This document shows, piece by piece, positions 1 to 8,544 of a stretch of 25,354 nt of DNA; within the stretch, counting starts at the first letter, position 1, and the number at the start of each line of letters is the position of its first letter. Under the pieces are notes generated by a model. That model had not been told where the DNA came from. It worked only from the letters and a program-made list of their open reading frames with translations, and made no database searches. Origin of the DNA: a virus. Lineage: Duplodnaviria; Caudoviricetes. The translations under genes were made by a program, and so were the position numbers. The stretch is from the IMG/VR virus record IMGVR_UViG_3300008735_000095, positions 1 through 25,354 of that record, one strand, 5' to 3'.

Positions 1-115
1 GATAGACACTGAAACAGAGGTCAAGATAGAATCGGGGCAGCGCCGTGCAGCTGCATATGAAGTGGAATGTAGCGCTTAAATTCAGGAGAATTTTGTCTTG
101 ACCATGGGGTCCACT

Positions 116-433
116 TTACCCTATCTCTTCCTGTAGTTGTGCTATCTCACTCTTCAACATCTCGTACTCCACCATCTTGCGCTGCAGGAACTCTATAGTG
201 AACTTTCCCTTCTCTTCGATCCCCTTTGGGGTGAGGAGATAGGCGTAGGCTGTTTTGTTGTTACTGTTATGGAAGTTCTTTGCCTTAACCCACCCTTTCT
301 CGATCAGTTTCTTTAGGCAGTAATTGACCTTCCCCAGGCTGATACCCATCTCGTTTGCGAGTTCTCTTTGGGTGCAGTCTGGGTTCTGTTCCAACCTGCG
401 GAGCAGGTCAAAATGGACTTCTTCTATGTACAC
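116..433 (-). CDS. MarR-family winged-helix transcriptional regulator, EPS-associated type
   Basis: 105 aa with a wHTH signature ([41 protein letters not shown]) followed by [23 protein letters not shown], typical of the EPS-locus-associated MarR family. GTG start with no clear Shine-Dalgarno, downstream of an ops element. Confidence 0.9.
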   Translation of the reverse strand: MYIEEVHFDLLRRLEQNPDCTQRELANEMGISLGKVNYCLKKLIEKGWVKAKNFHNSNNKTAYAYLLTPKGIEEKGKFTIEFLQRKMVEYEMLKSEIAQLQEEIG

Positions 434-472
434 TATCTTTTTGATTTTTATTGAGAACAGGTAACTTTGAGA

Positions 473-483
473 ACGCTACCGCC
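473..483 (-). promoter_or_regulatory. ops element (RfaH/NusG-paralogue loading site) in a JUMPstart-like leader
   Basis: Minus strand reads GGCGGTAGCGT, matching the ops consensus GGCGGTAGnnT, about 40 nt upstream of the MarR start. It is preceded on the transcript by a stem-loop (481-490 pairing with 504-513). Confidence 0.88.
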
Positions 484-544
484 ATTCGAAACAGGGCAAT
501 TGCTTCGAGTGGCTGGCGGTGCTGAGCACCATTTGAAGTGTGGA

Positions 545-573
545 TTTATACTACTTTGTGATTATCTGTTCAA
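545..573 (-). promoter_or_regulatory. Putative sigma70 promoter for the ops/MarR transcript
   Basis: Minus strand: -35 TTGAAC (573-568), 17-bp spacer, -10 TATAAA (550-545). Confidence 0.65.
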
Positions 574-582
574 GTTTTGAAC
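568..582. promoter_or_regulatory. Palindromic operator candidate GTTCAA-N3-TTGAAC overlapping the -35 box
   Basis: Perfect 6-bp inverted repeat with a 3-bp spacer. Its position suits autoregulation by the dimeric MarR-type protein (inference). Confidence 0.55.
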
Positions 583-585
583 GAG

Positions 586-3500
586 TTATTTTTCTAGTGC
601 ATCCCTCAACACCTCACGCCTGCGCACAAATTCATCAAATAGCGCATATTTGCGTGTCTCATCTGGTGCTGTGCTCAGTGCCCGTTTTCTTGCACGTTTC
701 ATAAACTGTTTGGATGGTCGCCACTGCGGGGTCTCGCCACCCAGTAGTGCATTGGTATCCCGGTTAGAGACCCCACTCCCTTTCAGCACCTGCCGGATCT
801 CTTCTCTGGTACTGCCCAGCGCCATGGCTGCATTGATTACATCGTGCATATCTTTCCATGCGCCCTCCCAGGATGTCTGCATATCACCATAGGCATCCAG
901 AATCTCTTGGTCATCAATATTTGCCTGTGACCCCATCGGGCCACTGAGGATCTGTACCGCACCACGTTTACCCTGGGCAAAGTCCTGGGCGCGAAAGGAG
1001 ATCGCCTGCTTCATATTCATGGTGGTAAAGCGGAACCCGATCCACGCCATCAGCTCATCGCTCATATCGTACTTCTTACCGCTACGACTGTAGTCCTCAT
1101 GGAATGCCTTGTAGGTGCGCTCAATATTGGAGAGGAACCCTGGCTGCAGATTCTTGCGCAGATAATCCAGCCCCTGCCGCAGTCGCTTATCAGCTGGTGC
1201 CGCCTCGTTCCAGATTCGGCTCCCGCTATCGGGATCCTTGTTATTGAGAATTCCAGAGAGTGCGCTAAAGGTAATCTCCAACCCAAGGAATGGCGCAACC
1301 AGCTCGGTTAGTGCCTTCTCTACCTTCTCCATCCCATCGTAGTTGCCATTGGTCAGGGCAATCAGGGGTCGTTTGATGTAGTTGTAGGGGTCAAGGTGGG
1401 ATAGATCCAGATAAGTCGGCATTCCGTTTTCATCAAATCCGGTATAGGCCAGCTCCGCATTCTCCTGCCATGGGGGCGCTACTGCACGTACTGCCTCATC
1501 ATCCTCATCCGAGATCCCCCATAGATCCATCAGTCTTCTGGAGATCGCGGTGGTGATGGAGGATGCCACCGCCACCCCGACCGCCCTTCTGGCAGCCGCC
1601 TTTTTGCGCCCCGCCTTGGCATCCTCGTAGATAAACCTGGCCTGGTTCTTAGATGTGCGCAGAATCTCCCACGGGAAGGAGACAAAGGTGCCGGTAATCG
1701 GGAAGCGTCTGAGCATCCTGATCCCTTTCGGTACCATTGAGTAGGTGGGGTAGCCATCCCGGATACGCTGTGCCGCCCTCTTCTCTGCACCCTTCTCATC
1801 CATGCCGGAGCGGATAAATGACTTCTTCTCGTTCTCAAAGCCAATAATCTTCCAGAAGTCATCCCCTGCACGGTAGATCCGTTGTGCCACATCAAATACC
1901 CTCTTGTGAAACCCCTGCTTGTTGGGGTCGGAACCTGCCAGTTCTGTCAACAAATCGGCCAGCTCCCCTGCACGGGGGTTGTCATGCAACACCCCCATCT
2001 CCACCAGATGGCGAAGGTAGGCCTTGTGCTTCATCTTGTGGCCACCAAGGTCTGCCCAGGTCACTGCTGCAGCCTTCACCGCATGGCTCCAGTTAAAGTG
2101 GCCATTCATCACTGTGAACATTGCTGCCGAGTAGAAGTTACGGAAGGTAGTGGTCGGGGCGAGGATGGTCTTGCCCACCTTCACCGCACTGTTGCCACGC
2201 AGATAGAGGCGCAGCCAACCCTTCAGAATCGCCGGTTCCGAGGCCTCTTTGAATGCCTGCGCCATCTCATGGGTGGTATAGAGCCCCTCCAGGGGTGACA
2301 TGGTATCGGCATCAAAGGCGGTGATTTGGGTAGTCATCCGCCCAGAACTGCGGGTTTTGGTGAGCCACTTGCCCAGCCCATCCTCACGTACACTCTTCAG
2401 GAAGTGGTGGTTGGCCAACAGGTAACTCATCTTGCTGGCAGAGCGTGCGAAGTTCACCCGGGGGTCGGTGTACTCACCCATCAGGGCACGGATCTCCGGG
2501 GCAATCTCTTTGCGCTTTCTCAGAACCCCAAGGTTCTTCTGCCCCAGCTGGGCGGAGGCCATAAAGGAGAGTAGATCGCGGTATTTGCCGGAGAGGATCT
2601 CCCCAATGGCACCCTCTACAAAATCATCCAGCTCGTTCTCGGCAATCTCAGGGTCGGCCTCAAAGAACTGGCCACGCAGATAGTTGCGGGCATCCTCCAT
2701 CACCTCACCATCCTTGCGGATCTTCTCCCCCCATTTGGGGTCATCAAATGCCTGGTAAGAGCGGTTTAGGTAGCTCCCCTTGTTGCCCTCAATGGTAAAG
2801 AAGGTGCGGATACCCTTGGCGATCTTCTTGTCGATACCACCAAGATCGAGCTCTGCCTCTTCAATCTCTGTAACCCCACTCTCAATGGCATCGCGCATTG
2901 CCGTAATCTGAGCCAGTGCAGCATCCCTCTTCTTCGGTTTTAGTACCTCCAGGCGGAAGCTGATATTGTCGAGCACCATCTCCTGCATACGGGCAGAGAG
3001 GGTATCGAGATAGGTACGCATATTACGCAGGGTTTCACGCACCTCTGTGGGGACTTCAACCTCCTTTCCGGCGAGGAACTCATTGATGGTTTCCATCTCC
3101 TCAGTCGTGAGCTTGCTGATCCGTTTTCCGTAGCCACGCTTCACTACACGCCCAAGCTCGGCCAGGAAGAAGGCGTTATCCACCTCCTCTGCACTCTTGA
3201 GGCTATCGGCCTCAATCTTGCGCTCAAATGCCTCCTGCCCAAGATTGCCCTCCTTGGCAAACCACCGTTTGGCAAAGGTATTAAGGCGGGATTGGTCTCG
3301 CAGTGAGGGGTGACTGCTCTGCAGTTTGATCTCCTTACCCTCTGCATCCTTACCCACCACCACAGTGGTGGTCTGTGGCTGGGTACGGTAGTCGCCCTTC
3401 TCCTCACTCACCTCATTGACCCGAATGGTCTTGGGCTCAATACCCATGGAGCTGTTTTTGGGAGTGCCTCCCCATCCCTGACGGATACTCTTGCCCTCGG

Positions 3501-6500
3501 TGGTGATCACATCAAGGAAGGCCCCCTCCTTAATCCCCTTGTAGATCGCCTCGGCATAGCGCATCGGCACATTCATCGCAAAGAGCTCACCACCACCGGT
3601 CTGGCGGGCAAACTGGTGCAGCAGGGCCAGCGCCTCTGCTTTTCCACCCTCTACGTCATACTTGAGATCATCCAGCAGGGCTGTAGGTACATCCATAATC
3701 CCCCGAATACCGTTGAGGTTACGGGAGACAATCTGAAAGTAGTGGTCCTGATCATGAGCCAATGATCGTGCTACCGATGCTGCATCCTCCGAGCGGTTAA
3801 TCTGGTATCCCAACAGGGTATGCGGCACAGCAGGCTCATTTACATCGTAACGGAAGAGATCGATGGCAGATTTTGATAGCGGATGGATGGTGCTTTTTCC
3901 CTTCTCATCTACCAGACCATACTTGTCATGATCCACTACGATATGTCCCAGGAACCCCCGGGCACGGGCGGCCATGCTGTTGGTGAATCTCTTGTCGTTT
4001 CTGGATGGGTTTGGATTACCTGATGGGTGGTTGTGAAGAAGCCACCAACCATCGGCCTCAAGGCGCTCCATATCCACAATAATGTCGCCTGAGATGTCCC
4101 CCACCTGTACCACATTAGGCATACGGCTGGTAACACCGGTCTGCCCAACTACTTTTCCCTTCCGGGTATAGAAGACACGGAAGGTCTCAAAGGCGGGGTT
4201 GCGGTAGACCTGACCAAGGATGGCGAGATCCTCGGCACTTTTAACCTTCTGTCCAATCAGTCGGACATGTTTTTGGTCGATAAAGTCTTTGGCAATACCG
4301 TTGGCGAGGATGCTGGTCTTGTGTCGTCTAAGGGCCTGGACGACTCGCCCCGTGGAGTCTCCTCCCAGAGAATCTGCTCCTCTCTGGCTGGGTAATGAAC
4401 GGTGCTCGTACTCTTGGGCGGTTTCTTGGACTGCTTCATTACTCTCTTTGTTATCTCTACTGGTCTGTGACCTGGTGGACTGGATTACCCACCCGGCACT
4501 GTAGCCGTCTGCAAAACCGGGAGGCTTTCCTTGTAGATGGATTTTCCCATCAGATTGATGGCCACCTCTGGATTCATCTTCCCACCCCTGACTAACCCCA
4601 TCCTTGAAGGCTGCCAACCGCTTGGGGTCATCGAGCATAAACCGCTCTCTGTTGCGGTCGATGATCTGATCCATCGCCTCAACAGGAATGATCCCTTTAA
4701 TTGCTGTTAGTTCAGGTTGTAGTTGCTCCTCTTGGGTAGAATCAGATTCTAATACTGGATCTGGTGAATCAGGTTGTAGATCCCCCGCAGCCGTCTCTTG
4801 GTTAGCGGTGGTGGCTTGCGGGTTACGCCCAGTCTCTCGTCCTCGGCTATCCTCGCCTTGAGCTCGGTCACCAGCCGTTTGCTGTACTCCTCGTAGCTCT
4901 CTTCCTTTTTGCTCACCATCTGCCCCACTGTTGCGATCAATAATCCCCCAAAGCCCGGATGCAATCCTGGAGATATCATCCGATCCATCAACGATGGCCT
5001 TTGTTGCCTCTCTATCGAGAGTGCTCGCCTCATCATACAGGCTCTGGAAGTCTCTCGCATTTCGATCCAGCTCAGGCAGGTAGCTCTCTTCCTCTCTCTC
5101 TTGCCCCTCTATCTGCTGGTACTGCCGCTCGGCCCACTGCTCAAAAGAGTCCTTCTCTCGATCAACCCCCAATTGCTGCTCTTCCCTATCCTGTCGTACC
5201 AACTCCTCCTCATACTGCATCGCCGCCTGTTTCTGACGCATTGATAACAGTGGCTCACCTGCCTGTTCTTGGTCCAGAAGATCTACCAGCACATCCTCTG
5301 CGATATAGCCGTTTACATCCTCTGCTGGCGGCAGGGTATCAAATATCTCATATTCATCTTGAACAATACCGTCTAACGACTTCATTCCATTAGTATTAAA
5401 GAAGCCAGGATCTTTGATATCCAAATATTTCAGCTCTTTGCCAATAGGGCTGTTTGGATCAACCCCACCACGCTCGATAATCCAGCGGTGGAGCGGTTTC
5501 TTGTAGAAGTTTCTGGCGGGATCTTTCATCTCCGCCTGTGTAACCTCCACCTCCTGCCCCTGTTGCCAGCGCTCAATATCCTCAATTAGCTGTCGTTTGG
5601 TGCGTTTTTTGCCGCTGCTGTCCTCGGTTGGTACCCCTCGCAGTTCTGCCGCCTCCACCACCTGTTCCCGTCTAGCCAGATTGAGGTCGATAAAGCCGGT
5701 GGCAGAGATCTGGGGGATCTCAGGTGCTGGGGATGGTTGAGCTATTTCAGCCTCGGTCTGGGGCATCTCTTGGGGTTTGGGGAGTGCAATCTCCACATCA
5801 GAGGGGTCGACTGCCACCTCCGTAGGATTCTGATAACTTTGATAAACCTCAGGCGGCTGAAATTGGGTCGCAGCGGCACCCTTGGCAGCACCCTCCAGCT
5901 GCCCACGCAGATCCTCATCCCCCTGCGGTTGGGTAGGTGATGGTACCGGCACCTCCCGCATCGGCATGACAGTCGTCACTGGCAGATCACTCTCCTGCTG
6001 GGTATCACCACCAACATGGTCGGGCGGCAGAATCTCTGGTTTTTGTGGGGTGGCACCACCACCTCTACGAGAGACAAGACTGGTTATCAGTGAGACAACT
6101 GCAGCAGCAGAGAACGCAACCTCCCCCTCCTCAACCTTATCCTTCCAGATCCAGAGATCACGCTCTGGGTCATAGGTGGATTGGGCGAACAGGTCTTTTA
6201 GGAAAGATGAACCTAGCTCCTGCACCACCTCTTCCGATCCCTCAATGGCAATGTCCTTGATGATCTTGGAGAGTGATCCACCGCTGGCCTTGTCCAATTT
6301 TCGCACCCATCCGGCAATCGGTACCGCCTCTGAGAGACCCACAATATCGGCCTGGCTGGCATACTCCAGCGCCTCCATCGGCTCACTGCCACTACGCAGC
6401 GCATCCTCAAATACCTCTTGTCGGGCGTGTTGCATACCCAGCCAGGCAGGCGCACCATAACCACCACTGACTGCCCCCCACTTGGCCAAGGGGTTATGGC

Positions 6501-7209
6501 CCAACTCCTTGGAGAGTTTCCCCACCTTGGTGAGCTCTGCCATCGAGGAGCCCATCGCGCGCCCACCTCGGGCAGAGGCGAGGCCTGCTGCGATATAGGG
6601 GACGGTACTTCCTACTCCACGACTTACATCAGTGGTCATGGTCTGATCTTCTGGTGCCGGGAAGGTCTCCTCGGCAAACTCCATCATATCCACCCCCAGA
6701 CTTCCCTCACCTGTGGTGAGGTTGCGCATCAACTCCTCTCGCAGTGCTGCACGTTTCTCTGGGGTATCGAATTTGGTCTGGATAAGGGGATCAGAAAGGT
6801 CTGGGGATTCACCAGCATCTAGCTGGTTGAGTAGATTAAGGGTGGACTGAATTTGCTTCAGTTCATTACCACGGCGGATTCCACCAACCCCTGAGACAAT
6901 ACCGTGAGGCACACCCTTGATGATCTCCTCACCACTATCCTTGAGGATCTCCCCACCACGATCAAACATGGTACCAATCGCATCCCAATAGGATGGTGGC
7001 TCTGGGGTCTCGATAAGCTTAGGCTGCTCGGCATCACCTTGGGTGGTGACAGCGGGGTTCAACAGATATGGCGTGCCCACATCAACGCTGGCATCAACGT
7101 CATCCTCCCACTCGTCCACCACACCCCACCCCCCAGAAGCAGAAAACGGGGCTTTCGCCCCGTCATCTTCCCACTCATTGATCACTTCCCAGCCGCTTCC
7201 TGCCATCAT
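586..7209 (-). CDS. Giant polyvalent internal-virion/ejection protein with a RadC-like JAB domain
   Basis: 2207 aa, last gene of the structural operon. N-terminal Gly/Ala-rich hydrophobic segments, an acidic low-complexity middle, the JAB motif E...WWLLHNHPSGNPNPSRND (HNHPSG at 4018-4035) and a long, apparently helical C-terminal region typical of large phage ejection proteins. Confidence 0.75.
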   Translation of the reverse strand: MMAGSGWEVINEWEDDGAKAPFSASGGWGVVDEWEDDVDASVDVGTPYLLNPAVTTQGDAEQPKLIETPEPPSYWDAIGTMFDRGGEILKDSGEEIIKGVPHGIVSGVGGIRRGNELKQIQSTLNLLNQLDAGESPDLSDPLIQTKFDTPEKRAALREELMRNLTTGEGSLGVDMMEFAEETFPAPEDQTMTTDVSRGVGSTVPYIAAGLASARGGRAMGSSMAELTKVGKLSKELGHNPLAKWGAVSGGYGAPAWLGMQHARQEVFEDALRSGSEPMEALEYASQADIVGLSEAVPIAGWVRKLDKASGGSLSKIIKDIAIEGSEEVVQELGSSFLKDLFAQSTYDPERDLWIWKDKVEEGEVAFSAAAVVSLITSLVSRRGGGATPQKPEILPPDHVGGDTQQESDLPVTTVMPMREVPVPSPTQPQGDEDLRGQLEGAAKGAAATQFQPPEVYQSYQNPTEVAVDPSDVEIALPKPQEMPQTEAEIAQPSPAPEIPQISATGFIDLNLARREQVVEAAELRGVPTEDSSGKKRTKRQLIEDIERWQQGQEVEVTQAEMKDPARNFYKKPLHRWIIERGGVDPNSPIGKELKYLDIKDPGFFNTNGMKSLDGIVQDEYEIFDTLPPAEDVNGYIAEDVLVDLLDQEQAGEPLLSMRQKQAAMQYEEELVRQDREEQQLGVDREKDSFEQWAERQYQQIEGQEREEESYLPELDRNARDFQSLYDEASTLDREATKAIVDGSDDISRIASGLWGIIDRNSGADGEQKGRELRGVQQTAGDRAQGEDSRGRETGRNPQATTANQETAAGDLQPDSPDPVLESDSTQEEQLQPELTAIKGIIPVEAMDQIIDRNRERFMLDDPKRLAAFKDGVSQGWEDESRGGHQSDGKIHLQGKPPGFADGYSAGWVIQSTRSQTSRDNKESNEAVQETAQEYEHRSLPSQRGADSLGGDSTGRVVQALRRHKTSILANGIAKDFIDQKHVRLIGQKVKSAEDLAILGQVYRNPAFETFRVFYTRKGKVVGQTGVTSRMPNVVQVGDISGDIIVDMERLEADGWWLLHNHPSGNPNPSRNDKRFTNSMAARARGFLGHIVVDHDKYGLVDEKGKSTIHPLSKSAIDLFRYDVNEPAVPHTLLGYQINRSEDAASVARSLAHDQDHYFQIVSRNLNGIRGIMDVPTALLDDLKYDVEGGKAEALALLHQFARQTGGGELFAMNVPMRYAEAIYKGIKEGAFLDVITTEGKSIRQGWGGTPKNSSMGIEPKTIRVNEVSEEKGDYRTQPQTTTVVVGKDAEGKEIKLQSSHPSLRDQSRLNTFAKRWFAKEGNLGQEAFERKIEADSLKSAEEVDNAFFLAELGRVVKRGYGKRISKLTTEEMETINEFLAGKEVEVPTEVRETLRNMRTYLDTLSARMQEMVLDNISFRLEVLKPKKRDAALAQITAMRDAIESGVTEIEEAELDLGGIDKKIAKGIRTFFTIEGNKGSYLNRSYQAFDDPKWGEKIRKDGEVMEDARNYLRGQFFEADPEIAENELDDFVEGAIGEILSGKYRDLLSFMASAQLGQKNLGVLRKRKEIAPEIRALMGEYTDPRVNFARSASKMSYLLANHHFLKSVREDGLGKWLTKTRSSGRMTTQITAFDADTMSPLEGLYTTHEMAQAFKEASEPAILKGWLRLYLRGNSAVKVGKTILAPTTTFRNFYSAAMFTVMNGHFNWSHAVKAAAVTWADLGGHKMKHKAYLRHLVEMGVLHDNPRAGELADLLTELAGSDPNKQGFHKRVFDVAQRIYRAGDDFWKIIGFENEKKSFIRSGMDEKGAEKRAAQRIRDGYPTYSMVPKGIRMLRRFPITGTFVSFPWEILRTSKNQARFIYEDAKAGRKKAAARRAVGVAVASSITTAISRRLMDLWGISDEDDEAVRAVAPPWQENAELAYTGFDENGMPTYLDLSHLDPYNYIKRPLIALTNGNYDGMEKVEKALTELVAPFLGLEITFSALSGILNNKDPDSGSRIWNEAAPADKRLRQGLDYLRKNLQPGFLSNIERTYKAFHEDYSRSGKKYDMSDELMAWIGFRFTTMNMKQAISFRAQDFAQGKRGAVQILSGPMGSQANIDDQEILDAYGDMQTSWEGAWKDMHDVINAAMALGSTREEIRQVLKGSGVSNRDTNALLGGETPQWRPSKQFMKRARKRALSTAPDETRKYALFDEFVRRREVLRDALEK

Positions 7210-8012
7210 TGAATCCTTGTCGGTTTACCATTTCGCAAAGTCCAAACCTGCCCATTCTCAAACTGGGTCTGTCTGCCCTCGGTCAATCTGTTGAGTGGTG
7301 GGCTACTATCAATAGCTGCGGGCTGCGCCTCACTCTGTAGCAGTCCATTCTTGGGGAATACTCGGTCCAGAATCTGCAACACCACCTTGGGCTCTACTCT
7401 CCCCTCCAGCGATCTCGCCAACTCCTCTCTGTTTTGATATTTGCCAGCCTCTACTCTGCCCCTGGCCTGAGAAACCATTGAGTCAATCTCACCGTCTCCG
7501 TACTCCATCCCCAGCCACTCACTGCCAATATCTGCCTCATCGGGCTCAAAGGACCCCTCTATGACTGATCTGGTATCAGAAAAACTCTCTCTACTACCAC
7601 CCTCAACACGGGGCAACAGCCCCTTTGCGACAAGTACCTGCTCCAGCGCCTTGCGCTCTCTCTGCAATTTGTCGGTTGTTGTCCTATCCATACCAAACTC
7701 ACCCACCCGTGAGAGTGTAGAGGTGACGTTTTTGTACATATCTATCTGTGCCCTGGTAGCAGGATCAAGCTTGGTATCTACGGAGGTTTGATTTGGGTTT
7801 GCATAAGTCTCAACCATCTTGCCACCATCGCCCATCCTCACCAGAGTGTCGCCAGGGGATGTCCTAACTGGCTTAATCTGCTCAGCCCTGCTCTTCAGTT
7901 TTGCAAGTGCCTGCTCGCGCTGCATCAGCATGGCGCTTTTCATTCCATCATCAAAAGCCTCCATTCCCCCTTTCGCTGCACCGGCCAACGCTTTACTCAA
8001 TAGACCACCCAT
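7206..8012 (-). CDS. Putative ejection/internal virion protein
   Basis: 268 aa. MGGLLSKALAGAAKGG start followed by a coiled-coil segment; overlaps the giant gene by 4 bp; lies in the ejection module. Confidence 0.55.
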   Translation of the reverse strand: MGGLLSKALAGAAKGGMEAFDDGMKSAMLMQREQALAKLKSRAEQIKPVRTSPGDTLVRMGDGGKMVETYANPNQTSVDTKLDPATRAQIDMYKNVTSTLSRVGEFGMDRTTTDKLQRERKALEQVLVAKGLLPRVEGGSRESFSDTRSVIEGSFEPDEADIGSEWLGMEYGDGEIDSMVSQARGRVEAGKYQNREELARSLEGRVEPKVVLQILDRVFPKNGLLQSEAQPAAIDSSPPLNRLTEGRQTQFENGQVWTLRNGKPTRIQ

Positions 8013-8014
8013 AA

Positions 8015-8533
8015 CTATTCTCCAAACACTGCCTGACCACCAAACCTTGAGCTGGTCTCATTAACCATCTGGCGAGCCTGCTGCTGTGAGATACCCATTT
8101 CAGACAGTGCTACCGTGATGTCACCCTCATCAACTCCATAGGCCTCCAATAACCTGAACACTGCCAGTTGCAACGCCTTCTCTATAACCTCATCTGGATA
8201 AGAGAGGTTATTCGCCGCCCCTGCCAACTCCACCGCCATTGCCAAAATCTCCTCGGCAATCGGGAGAATCATCTCCTCGGGGATCTGGCCGCCACTCTTC
8301 TCATCCAGTTGAGTAACAATGAGATATACAATGTTGGCAAGACCATCCTCTGGGGTTTTTGATAGATCCATTGTCTTCAATAGATTTTGATAGATCTTTT
8401 CGTCATACATCAACTCACCCGCCTTGGTAACAAACTCATCGTAGAGTGCCTGCTCCTGCTCAGTTACATTCGTCTGCTCACTAACTGCCGAACCCATAGG
8501 GGCAGATTCTTCCATCTGTAATAAACCAGTCAT
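8015..8533 (-). CDS. Acidic phage hypothetical protein (ejection module)
   Basis: 172 aa acidic, apparently helical ORF with AAGGAG RBS, co-oriented between ejection-type genes. Confidence 0.6.
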   Translation of the reverse strand: MTGLLQMEESAPMGSAVSEQTNVTEQEQALYDEFVTKAGELMYDEKIYQNLLKTMDLSKTPEDGLANIVYLIVTQLDEKSGGQIPEEMILPIAEEILAMAVELAGAANNLSYPDEVIEKALQLAVFRLLEAYGVDEGDITVALSEMGISQQQARQMVNETSSRFGGQAVFGE

Positions 8534-8544
8534 CTAGCTTCTCC

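Noticed and set aside
1-115. Possible start of the next EPS-locus gene
   Set aside because: The GTG/ATG right after the MarR stop reaches a TGA within about 10 codons; nothing supportable in this short stretch.
540-600. Prophage att site at the phage/MarR junction
   Set aside because: No tRNA fragment, integrase or second repeat copy is visible in the window, so it cannot be called.
586-7209. N4-like virion RNA polymerase, suggested by the N4-gp56-like capsid and the giant gene
   Set aside because: I could not find single-subunit RNAP catalytic motifs, and the architecture fits a polyvalent ejection protein instead.
650-7294. Numerous short plus-strand and alternate-frame ORFs overlapping the giant gene (and similar ones over other structural genes)
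   Set aside because: Shadow ORFs of long coding regions, with no recognisable motifs.
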